NCBI GenBank assembly: GCA_963728565.1
Contig: CAVSLC010000013.1
Span: 192,001 to 256,000 of the forward strand
DNA length: 64,000 nt
Origin: an uncultured delta proteobacterium
GTDB lineage: Bacteria > Desulfobacterota > Binatia > UBA9968
Direction of reading: 5' to 3'
In this document: piece after piece, positions 10,468 to 18,906 of the stretch
Numbering within the stretch: the stretch's first letter is position 1
How the letters are laid out: every line of letters starts with the position of its first letter
The notes under the pieces: generated by a model
The model's input: the letters and a program-made list of their open reading frames with translations, nothing else
What the model was told of the DNA's origin: nothing
The model's database searches: none
Made by a program: the position numbers and the translations under genes

Positions 10468-11289
10468 TTATTTTCTTGAGCGCGCGCAGCGAAAGCCGAT
10501 ATTGTGATGACCCGAACGGAAATTCCGAGAGACATGAGCGCCTCGATGGGTCGTCGTCAACTCTTCGGCCGCCGAATCCTGACCGCCTCCTCTGGTGACC
10601 CGTACGAGGTCCCGCTGCAACTCTTCACGGCCGTCAGCGGCATTATAGGGATAAGGAAGATACGCGCTGCTCACCCATTCCCAGCCGTTGCCGGCGAGAT
10701 CGAGCACGCCATAGGGGCTTGCTCCTTTCGGCAAGCTCCCCACCGGACGGAAGTCATTCCATCCTGCGCTGAAATGCGCCCGGGTGCGATCGGGCGGATC
10801 ATTGCCCCAGGGAAATTTTCGCCCGTCTGTGCCGCGCGCCGATTTCTCCCATTCCGCTTCGGTCGGCAATCGCTTACCTGACCAATCGCAGTACGCTGCC
10901 GCGCCGAACCACGAGGCCTCGATTACCGGGTGGTTCTCAAAGCCGGGATCAGACTGCCATTTACCGGCGCGAAGGTGAATGCGCGCGTCGTTATCAGCGT
11001 TATCGTACCACCGTTCGGCAGCTGCACCTCGAACGCCTTTGGCCTCGAGGAACCGGGCAAACTGCGAGTTCGTCACCGGTAAACGATCGATGAAAAATTC
11101 CGGCAAATCAATCCGGTGCTGTGGCCGCTCGTCGGCGGGCCCGTCGTCTCTGCCCATTGAAAATGGCCCGGCAGGGATTCTTCTCATGTCAGCGCCATCG
11201 TTTGCATCGGCGCCGGTCGTTTGCGCGATACATGCGGTCATTAATACGACCGAAAGTAAACCCCTCCGCCCAAGAAGAAAACGGCTCAT
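10468..11289 (-). CDS. exported stand-alone FGE-sulfatase (SUMF1/EgtB C-terminal-like) domain protein
   Basis: PAGPFSMG, PVTN, RLPTEAEWEKSARG, DLAGNGWEW, IGFRCA; N-terminal RRGLL plus hydrophobic signal; lacks the FGE catalytic cysteines after RGG and has no DinB domain. Confidence 0.85.
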   Translation of the reverse strand: MSRFLLGRRGLLSVVLMTACIAQTTGADANDGADMRRIPAGPFSMGRDDGPADERPQHRIDLPEFFIDRLPVTNSQFARFLEAKGVRGAAAERWYDNADNDARIHLRAGKWQSDPGFENHPVIEASWFGAAAYCDWSGKRLPTEAEWEKSARGTDGRKFPWGNDPPDRTRAHFSAGWNDFRPVGSLPKGASPYGVLDLAGNGWEWVSSAYLPYPYNAADGREELQRDLVRVTRGGGQDSAAEELTTTHRGAHVSRNFRSGHHNIGFRCARSRK

Positions 11290-11384
11290 GATCGCAACAT
11301 ACCGCTTTTGGAAATTCTAGGAAACACCGCGAATAGGACGAGCTAAACTTGTCACAGGTTTAAGCCTGTGCGAAAGTCCCAGCA

Positions 11385-12530
11385 ATGCGCAACTCGCAAT
11401 CGTTTCGCCGCCGCGGTGTTGTCGAAGGATTCTTTGGTCCGGTGTGGAGCATGGCCCATCGCCGCCGCCTATTCGAGTTCGGCGCCGCTCGGGGAATGAA
11501 CACCTACCTCTATGCGCCAAAGGACGATCCCTTCCATCGCGAACGCTGGATGGAACCTTATCCTGAGAAGGAATGGCAGGCGCTCTTGACTATCATTCGC
11601 GAAGCACGAAAGCGCCACATCGATTTTGTTTACGGCTTTCATCCCGGCAAGGCACTTTTGTTTAGCGCCGAGCAACCGCTGCGCATTCTGCTGTCGAAGG
11701 CGCAGCGTTTCTACGATGCGGGAGTGCGTACCTTCGCAGTGCTGTTCGACGATATCCCTTCTCGTCTGGAGCATGCCGCCGATCGCAAGCATTTCAACAA
11801 CAGCTTGGCACGAGCCGAAGGAAATTGGCTGGCAGAAATTATCGCTCTTCAGCCGCCTGCATGGTCCGATGTGGAGTGGTGGATCTGCCCTTCGTTTTAT
11901 ACCCGCGATCCATTACTGGCGCGCGTGTTTGGCGCCTTTGAGCCGCATTTTTTGGAAAATCTAGCGAAGTACCTTCCGCCCAATGTCTCCTGCTGCTGGA
12001 CCGGCCCTTTGGTGGTATCGACAAAGATAACCCTCGCGCACGTTAGAAAAATTGCCAAGCTCGTCGGCCGGCCGTTGATTCTCTGGGACAACTATCCGGT
12101 GAACGATCTTTCAATGAAGGACGAGCTTCACCTGGGTCCGTTGAAAAATCGTGACACGCATCTGCCGGAAATCGTTTACGGCTACCTCAACAATCCGTTA
12201 GTTCAAGAAGAACTGAGCTTTATCCCTTTGGCCACCTGTTTTGATTATGCCTTAAACCCTATGGCCTATAGAGCGGAAGAAAGTTGGAACGCGTTCGTTA
12301 AACGCTCTTTCGGTCAGCGCGAGAGCGCGCACTGGCGCGCCATTCGGAGCTTCTGCGAAAGAGTTCAGCGAACTAAACGATCAAAAGTTGCCTTGCGCAT
12401 CCCGCGCAGAGAACTGGAGGCGTTGCAAGACGCATCAGAATATATAAAGGCACATCGTCAAGAAAAATGGGCCGTGGAAATCAAGCCATGGCAGGAACAG
12501 ATCGAACAAGCGCTTAAAGCGCAGCAGTAG
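11385..12530 (+). CDS. GH84 beta-N-acetylglucosaminidase (O-GlcNAcase/NagJ-like catalytic domain), cytoplasmic
   Basis: RGVVEGFFG, YLYAPKDDPFHR, catalytic Asp-Asp in FAVLFDDIP, WTGP, LILWDNYPVND; no signal peptide or accessory domains. Confidence 0.9.
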   Translation: MRNSQSFRRRGVVEGFFGPVWSMAHRRRLFEFGAARGMNTYLYAPKDDPFHRERWMEPYPEKEWQALLTIIREARKRHIDFVYGFHPGKALLFSAEQPLRILLSKAQRFYDAGVRTFAVLFDDIPSRLEHAADRKHFNNSLARAEGNWLAEIIALQPPAWSDVEWWICPSFYTRDPLLARVFGAFEPHFLENLAKYLPPNVSCCWTGPLVVSTKITLAHVRKIAKLVGRPLILWDNYPVNDLSMKDELHLGPLKNRDTHLPEIVYGYLNNPLVQEELSFIPLATCFDYALNPMAYRAEESWNAFVKRSFGQRESAHWRAIRSFCERVQRTKRSKVALRIPRRELEALQDASEYIKAHRQEKWAVEIKPWQEQIEQALKAQQ

Positions 12531-12646
12531 ATCGTTATAACTACAGTTCGTCCAAATCTTGATCGCGCGCCGAGACTAGCGTAAATTTTTCAGAATGATT
12601 GATCCCCACAGTTACGCCGAGTTTGCGCGGCAGGCCACTTCCGGCA

Positions 12647-14029
12647 ATGAAAGGCGCTGAGCTGATTTCGCTGATGCGAGAGTATCGTTCCCGTACCCGA
12701 GAGTTGGTTGCAGATCTTGATGAGCGGCAACTGATCGGACCGCGTTTAGCAACGGTGAACCCGCCGTTATGGGAGATCGGACACGTCGGCTGGTTTCAGG
12801 AGTTTTGGCTCTTGCGCCACCTGCGCCGGCAGAAGCCACTGCTTGAGAACGGTGATCAACTCTATAATTCAACGGATGTAGCTCATGATGTTCGCTGGGA
12901 CCTTCTACTGCCTTCGCGCAATAACACATGGCGCTATCTGGACGAAGTCTTGAATCGAGTCATCGAACCGATCGAAGGTAAGCATGATTTATCCAAGGAG
13001 GAGCTCTACTTTTACTCTCTGACCACGTTTCATGAAGCCATGCACGCCGAAGCACTGGCGTGCACAAGGCAAACCCACGGTTATCCCAAGCCGAGCTTCC
13101 TGCCCGCCCACCGTATAGACCAAAATCGATCTGATGATCTTTGCCCAGGAGATGCAGAAATTCCGGGCGGCACATTCTTGATCGGTGCGACGCCTGACGC
13201 ACCGTTCGTTTTCGACAACGAAAAATGGGCTCATGAGGTAGTTCTTCGGCCCTTCCGGATCTCGCGCGCGCCGGTGAGCAATAGAGAATTTCGAGAATTC
13301 GTCGAGGACGGGGGTTATTGCCAGCCAAACTGGTGGAGCGAAGAAGGCTGGCGCTGGCTGGCGACCGGCGGCGCCCCGCAGCTCGAGCATTCGTTCGCAA
13401 AATTCTTCAACAAGCCGATCAAGCAGTCGAGTCAAGCGCATGCCGCTAAAGAGAAACTTGAGCATCCCATGTACTGGCGCCGTGACCCTGATGGCCACTG
13501 GCAACAGCGGGTTTTTGATCGCTACGTTCCGCTGCATGACAATCTGCCGGTTGTGCATGTCAGTTGGTACGAAGCGGAAGCGTTTTGCGCTTGGGCCGGA
13601 CGGCGTTTACCGAGCGAAGCGGAATGGGAAACTGCCGCATCGGCAGAACCAGCTCCCGACGGTTGCAGCTTGAGCAACAAACGGCGTCATTTCCCCTGGG
13701 GAGATACGCTACCGACTAGTGTCGAGGCAAACCTTGACTGGCAGAACGGAATCGTTGAAATCAGCGCCCATGGAGCAGGCGACAGCGCGTTTGGTTGTCG
13801 TCAGATGATCGGCAATGTCTGGGAGTGGACCGCTGACAACTTCATGCCTTATCCAGGATTTATCGCGGATCCTTATAAGGAATACTCGAAGCCGTGGTTC
13901 GGCACCCATAAGGTCCTGCGCGGCGGCTGCTGGGCGACCTCTTCGCGGCTCATTCGCAACACCTGGAGAAACTTCTACACGCCGGATCGTCGCGATGTTT
14001 TCTCCGGCTTTCGAACATGCGCAAAGTGA
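12647..14029 (+). CDS. senA: selenoneine synthase SenA (EgtB-family non-heme iron enzyme)
   Basis: DinB plus FGE domains; iron ligands in WEIGH and FHEAMH; SenA-type VNPPLWEIGHVGWFQEFWLLRH, YNSTDVAHDVRW, DPYKEYSKPWFG and RNFYTPDR; directly upstream of senB. Start could be 12599 or 12647. Confidence 0.85.
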   Translation: MKGAELISLMREYRSRTRELVADLDERQLIGPRLATVNPPLWEIGHVGWFQEFWLLRHLRRQKPLLENGDQLYNSTDVAHDVRWDLLLPSRNNTWRYLDEVLNRVIEPIEGKHDLSKEELYFYSLTTFHEAMHAEALACTRQTHGYPKPSFLPAHRIDQNRSDDLCPGDAEIPGGTFLIGATPDAPFVFDNEKWAHEVVLRPFRISRAPVSNREFREFVEDGGYCQPNWWSEEGWRWLATGGAPQLEHSFAKFFNKPIKQSSQAHAAKEKLEHPMYWRRDPDGHWQQRVFDRYVPLHDNLPVVHVSWYEAEAFCAWAGRRLPSEAEWETAASAEPAPDGCSLSNKRRHFPWGDTLPTSVEANLDWQNGIVEISAHGAGDSAFGCRQMIGNVWEWTADNFMPYPGFIADPYKEYSKPWFGTHKVLRGGCWATSSRLIRNTWRNFYTPDRRDVFSGFRTCAK

Positions 14030-14038
14030 TGCTCCAAC

Positions 14039-14995
14039 GTGAAAATCCAGCTCGTCACTCCGGCGCCGTTGCGCTTTAACAACGGCAACAAGATTACCGC
14101 CCTGCGGTGGGCGAAAATCCTTAGAACCCTTGGACACCGCGTAACGGTTTTGCAGCATTATGACGATAAGCCCTGCGATGCGCTGATTGCACTTCATGCG
14201 AGACGGAGCTATCGGTCGATCCGCCGTTTTCGCAAACTTCATCCCGAATTACCCTTGATCGTCGTCCTAACCGGGACGGACCTCTATCGCGATATCCGCA
14301 GCCACCGCAGTGCTCAACGGTCGCTCACGCTGGCGACGCGGATTGTTGCGCTGCAGAAGATGGCGTTGTCGGAATTATCCGAATCCTTGCATTCAAAAAC
14401 TCGGGTGATCTATCAGTCCGCGGAGCGCTGTTTGAGCCGTAATTCAAAAAATCGAGGAGATGGATTCAAAGTCTCAGTTATCGGTCACCTGAGAAACGAG
14501 AAGGACCCGCTGCGAACCGCATTGGCGACCCGCCGTTTGCCGAAGCACTCGCGGATCGAGGTACAGCATATCGGCCGGGCGTTGGATAAAGACCTCGAGC
14601 GCCGGGCGCGAGCCGAAATGGCGAGAAACCCACGCTATCGGTGGATCGGAGAGTTGGCGCATAAAAGGACCCGGGAGATTCTAGCGCAAAGCGATGTAAC
14701 GGTTATCACCTCGCGCATGGAAGGAAGCTCGAATGTGTTATCCGAAGCGCTCGCCTGCGCCGTGCCGGTCATCGCTTCGAGAATACCCGGATTGATGGGA
14801 ACCCTAGGAAGCGATTACCCGGGCTACTTTGCCACGGGCGACACGGTTTCACTGAGGGAAATTCTATTCCGAGCCGAAAGCGATCGGGCCTTTTACCGCT
14901 CGTTGCAATCAATTTGCAAGAGCTTGTCGCCCCTGGTGGCGCCCAAGCGAGAAGTGGCTGCCTGGAAACAACTTCTACAAGAGCTGCAATCTTAA
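14039..14995 (+). CDS. senB: selenosugar synthase SenB (GT-B glycosyltransferase)
   Basis: VTPAP..GNKITALRW, IALHARRS, VVLTGTDLYRDI, GHLRNEKDP, SRMEGSSNV and YPGYF are characteristic of the SenB family. Confidence 0.9.
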   Translation: MKIQLVTPAPLRFNNGNKITALRWAKILRTLGHRVTVLQHYDDKPCDALIALHARRSYRSIRRFRKLHPELPLIVVLTGTDLYRDIRSHRSAQRSLTLATRIVALQKMALSELSESLHSKTRVIYQSAERCLSRNSKNRGDGFKVSVIGHLRNEKDPLRTALATRRLPKHSRIEVQHIGRALDKDLERRARAEMARNPRYRWIGELAHKRTREILAQSDVTVITSRMEGSSNVLSEALACAVPVIASRIPGLMGTLGSDYPGYFATGDTVSLREILFRAESDRAFYRSLQSICKSLSPLVAPKREVAAWKQLLQELQS

Positions 14996-14997
14996 AG

Positions 14998-16257
14998 CTA
15001 TCGAGATTGAGAAGGCTCCTCGCGTATCCAGGGTTTCACCCAGGGCAAGAGCAGATAAGCGGGCATCGACAACAAAAAAGTTAAGGCGAAATAGTTGCCA
15101 TAGCCATAATGCTCTGCGCCGAGCCCGCTAATGCCGCCGATCAAGCGTCCGGTCAGCGAGAAGATCGAAGAAAGAAAGGCATACTGCACGGTTGCATGCT
15201 CTTTTTGACAAATGTTCATGAGAAAGGCCAGGAATGCCGCCGTTCCCAGGCCGCCGCTAAACGACTCGAACATCGATGCGCTATAGAGGCCGTACCTTCC
15301 AAGACTTAACCATTCGACGGCCGAATAACCCAGATTGGAAAACGCCTGCAGTAAACCCAATAACCATACTGCATGGAAGATTCCGTAACGCGTGATAAAC
15401 GCGCCTCCGGCTAATGCTCCGGCTATGCTGAGAACGATGCCAAAGCTGGTGGGAAACAGTCCGATTTGAAACATGAGATCTTCCTGCAGCGGCCAAATCG
15501 ATTTACCGTAATCCACCCAGAACGGTTTGACCATCGGGCCGATGGCAAACTCGCCCAGCTTATACGTCAACACGAAAGCCACAAGAGGAATTACCCGCCA
15601 AGTCCCGGCCCATCCGATAAAGCCTTGCCACCAGTGCTGGCGCGCTTCCTCGGGCAGATGAAGCCGCGGAATTAGGAGCGCACACAATCCCAGAGCAATG
15701 AATAGCGCTCCCGCCAGGTTGAATAAAAGGCTCCAGCGCAGCGCTGCTGCGAGAAACACCAGCCCACCACCGACGAATACCAAAGCCACTCGGTAGGCGG
15801 AAGCGCGCACGCCATTGGCGGGCCCCTCCTCCTGCCGAGCAATCAGCCCGACTGAATAAGAATCAATGGCAACGTCTTGCGTCGCCGACAAGGTCGTAAA
15901 AGCGAGTACCAGAACGAGAACGAGCAAGCCGACACCGGCAACGTCTACCCACGGCAGCGCTAACAACACCGCTGCGATGCCGAGCATACAACCCAGTACC
16001 CACATGCGGCGATCGCCGTGTCGATGCACCAGCGGCGACCAGATTACTTTTAAAGAATACGGCAGTTCCAGCAGCCGCAAGCCGCCGATGGCGCGCAGCG
16101 AAACGCCGTGCAGCCGAAAGTAAACCGGCAGCACTTCCCAGAGAATAGCCGCGGGCGCGCCCTGAATGAAGTAGAGCAGCGCGACCACACCCAGCTTGTT
16201 CTTGGTTTCTGGCGCCGCCCGACTTACGCCGAGGCATTTCCACATCAGTTCCCGCAT
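14998..16257 (-). CDS. AmpG-like MFS permease
   Basis: LYFIQG, LPYSLKVIWSPLV, SATQDVAIDSY and ATVQYAFLSS match the AmpG/peptide-acetyl-CoA transporter family; convergent on senB with a 2-bp gap. Confidence 0.8.
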   Translation of the reverse strand: MRELMWKCLGVSRAAPETKNKLGVVALLYFIQGAPAAILWEVLPVYFRLHGVSLRAIGGLRLLELPYSLKVIWSPLVHRHGDRRMWVLGCMLGIAAVLLALPWVDVAGVGLLVLVLVLAFTTLSATQDVAIDSYSVGLIARQEEGPANGVRASAYRVALVFVGGGLVFLAAALRWSLLFNLAGALFIALGLCALLIPRLHLPEEARQHWWQGFIGWAGTWRVIPLVAFVLTYKLGEFAIGPMVKPFWVDYGKSIWPLQEDLMFQIGLFPTSFGIVLSIAGALAGGAFITRYGIFHAVWLLGLLQAFSNLGYSAVEWLSLGRYGLYSASMFESFSGGLGTAAFLAFLMNICQKEHATVQYAFLSSIFSLTGRLIGGISGLGAEHYGYGNYFALTFLLSMPAYLLLPWVKPWIREEPSQSR

Positions 16258-16472
16258 GTCGGTCCTAGGTTAAAAGCAATTACGGTTAGATTCCAACGTT
16301 TTCTCACTGTTTACTGGCGGCGTGCCCGCTCATTGTAATGGGTGGGCTCAGTTTAATGAAGCGAAATACAGGATTGCCGCGCCGAGCAGTGGGTGAACAG
16401 CATAGGCGCTTCACCACGTACTATCGGCAAACGACATAATTTGCCCGCTTACGAATCTCAAACGATCTTCCC

Positions 16473-16521
16473 GTAACCATTCCTTCATCGATACTTCGTT
16501 GTTTCGTTACATTGCCGTAAC
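16473..16521 (+). promoter_or_regulatory. Pho-box-like array, 11-bp period
   Basis: GTAAC/TTCAT/TTCGT/GTTAC/GTAAC at 16473, 16484, 16495, 16506 and 16517; same unit and spacing as upstream of pstS. Confidence 0.55.
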
Positions 16522-16680
16522 CATGGCCGGGCTAGTATCGCTGCATCTCACGCGAGAAAGAGTCAAAAAAACACAGGCAGTGGCTCACGCCTTCAGTAGC
16601 CGGAGCAACATCGACTGATGGCACTTTCGCGTCGCCCAGGCATTCGATCGAAGAGGAGAAACCCAACAAAAGGAGGTTTT

Positions 16681-17218
16681 ATGGAACGGATCGATTTAAC
16701 CAAAACAATCAAGGAAGCAACCGCTACATTCTGCCAGAACCGGATCGGCGATAAACCGCCGATCTCGGTCACGGTTCCCGCCATCATGACCGATATTCCT
16801 TGGCCTGATCGCAAGCTTCAGGAACTCGTCAAGCTATTCCTCTACGAAACGCTTCTGACCAATGATCCTGACGCCGAAGTTACGGTATCGCTGCGGCGCC
16901 GATCGCAGCTGAAAGATCTCAGCGAGTTTGTCGGCGTGCAACCTACATACTGGCTCCATCTACGCATTTCCGGCCGCGGTGTGAGACTCTCCGAATTCTT
17001 CATTGACGAGTTCTTTAGCGACCTCGGCTACACGTGCGCGGAATGGGTCGGCGTTGCCGAATCGGAAACCCGCCTAGGAATATTCACAGCCGCCGATAAG
17101 CCGGAGATACTAAAATAGTCTTCTGCCTGGACGATGGCCGCCTCAAGCGGAAGTTCGATCTCCTGTTGCCGGTGCGCGAGCCGGTTGCGCTTTCATCCGA
17201 CATCAATGTCAAACATTG
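16681..17218 (+). CDS. hypothetical protein resembling a degenerate HATPase_c fold; probable 1-bp deletion near 17113
   Basis: AAGGAGG RBS before ATG 16681; adding one A to the run at 17112-17115 extends the frame (KIVFCLDDGRLKRKFDLLLPV...) to TGA 17218. Confidence 0.55.
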
Positions 17219-17315
17219 AACGCCGGGCATTTAACCAAGACGTAGCAGCTCTGAGATACAGAGTTAATCTTCAGGTCGCATCATCTCACTAAAACTAAAT
17301 GGGAGGGATGTCATC

Positions 17316-17858
17316 ATGATGCGCCTTAAAAACATTTTATTACCAACCGACCTTTCGCAACGTTCCAAACGATCCTTGCGCTACGCCCTTTCTCTGGCGA
17401 CGGAATACAGCGCAACGGTCACCGTGGTGCATGTGGCCAATGAGTTGAATTCCTGGGAGTTCTACTGCGATGAGTTCAGTTTCATGATTCCAGGCGACAG
17501 AGCCTGGCCCGTTGACCGAGTAGTGGCGGAAGCACGCCTCGAGCTGAGCAATTTTCTTGAACCTTATAGCGATACGATCAAGAGACTTCCTGCCGTTTCC
17601 AAGCGCATAGGTTTAGGTCCGATTGCGGATGAAATCGTCAGTGCTGCGGAAGATCTGCAGGCCGATTTGATTGTCATGTCACCGCGCCGCCTTAGAGGCC
17701 TGAAACGGATTCTAACCCCCAGCATCACCGATCAGGTTATGCGAATAAGTCCGTGTCCGGTTTTGTCTGTCATAGATCCCCTTCCCTCCCATCCATGGCG
17801 AGGGAAGCTTATAACTAGACTATGCGCCTGGCCAAAACCAAGGTTCGCCAGTGTTTGA
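17316..17858 (+). CDS. universal stress protein (USP)
   Basis: KNILLPTDLS, ADLIVMS and PCPVL motifs. Confidence 0.85.
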   Translation: MMRLKNILLPTDLSQRSKRSLRYALSLATEYSATVTVVHVANELNSWEFYCDEFSFMIPGDRAWPVDRVVAEARLELSNFLEPYSDTIKRLPAVSKRIGLGPIADEIVSAAEDLQADLIVMSPRRLRGLKRILTPSITDQVMRISPCPVLSVIDPLPSHPWRGKLITRLCAWPKPRFASV

Positions 17859-17875
17859 CCACGACGGAGGAGAGC

Positions 17876-18370
17876 TTGCTCAACTATCATAACGGGCGGA
17901 CGATAAGGCAGTCTCGTCGTTTCGCTCTGGAGGAAGAGTTACTGCGACTATGGCAACACTTCGATGCGTTGACGTTCTTCAACCGGGTCATGGACCTGTT
18001 TTTCAAGCTACTGATCTTCTTCGTTGTCGTTGTTCTCGGCATGGGGCTCGTCAGGCTGTTCTGGGAGACCTGGAGGATCATGGCAGTCAGCGAACTGAAA
18101 GACGCTTTCAGTTTTACGGTCACCAACCTGCTGACATTTTTCATAATCCTGGAGCTGTTTAAAAGCCTGGTGGAATATTTTCGCGAGCACCGTCTTAGAC
18201 TGACGTTTATTGTCGATGCTACCTTAGTATTCATACTGCGCGAGGTCATGATCAGTCTCTACCAACATCAAAGCCCGTGCGGCACCTGCACTACAAAGAG
18301 TGGACTTGAGCAGAATGGCTCTATTGCTTCACCATACGTCACCTTCACAGATATAAATCTTCGAGTTTAG
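17876..18370 (+). CDS. PsiE-family phosphate-starvation-inducible membrane protein, apparently 3'-truncated near 18270
   Basis: LLTFFIILELFKSLVEYF...FIVDATLVFILREVMI; GGAGG RBS before TTG 17876; the expected last TM helix is replaced by polar sequence. Confidence 0.7.
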   Translation: MLNYHNGRTIRQSRRFALEEELLRLWQHFDALTFFNRVMDLFFKLLIFFVVVVLGMGLVRLFWETWRIMAVSELKDAFSFTVTNLLTFFIILELFKSLVEYFREHRLRLTFIVDATLVFILREVMISLYQHQSPCGTCTTKSGLEQNGSIASPYVTFTDINLRV

Positions 18371-18445
18371 GATGATCGCGTTGAATTGTTTGATGTTCGC
18401 TCCCTAAGAAGGAGAAGCCCTCCTAGGGAGCTTGCGTTTCTCGGA

Positions 18446-18745
18446 TTAGCTGCCGATCTGACCGCCATCGTCTTTCGTAATCACAATACACGCCGAGCGC
18501 GGGCGTCCGCCCGCGTCTCCATCGGGCCATGAGCTGAACCGCTTCGGATTGGCCGGATCATTGGGCGACTCGTCGGCGGTCTCGCCGGGGTGCTGGATCC
18601 CGACGAACATGGTGCGTTCGTCGGGAGTGACGAATACGCCGGTGACCTCGCACTGCTTCGGGCCGACTAGAAAACGGCGGATCTCGCCGGTTTGCGGATT
18701 GGAGCAGAGCATCTGATTGTTGCCGAATCCGGCGTAGTCGCGGGC
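18446..18745 (-). pseudogene. phoX: C-terminal fragment of PhoX alkaline phosphatase
   Basis: GFGNNQML, TGEIRRFLVGP.QCEVTG, TPDERTMFVGIQHPGE, RPRSA, KDDGGQIGS = last ~100 aa of PhoX; the N-terminal part is absent. Confidence 0.85.
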
Positions 18746-18906
18746 ACGCTCCGAAAGCCCAGCAGTGGGGCGAGCGAACCCTGGCCAACATCTTGGGCCG
18801 AGGACTCGCAGAATCACTGCCGTGTAGCGGTGCAGAAGAGCGCGAGGTAATCTTACGAACGGATTAAGGCGAGGGAGATTTCGTCTTGATTGAGATAGGA
18901 CGGAGA

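Noticed and set aside
10468-11289. True formylglycine-generating enzyme
   Set aside because: The catalytic cysteine pair after RGG is missing and no sulfatase gene is nearby.
12647-14029. Calling this gene ergothioneine synthase egtB or ovoA
   Set aside because: It has SenA-type motifs (NPPLWEIGH, HDVRW, RNFY), no OvoA methyltransferase domain, and abuts senB.
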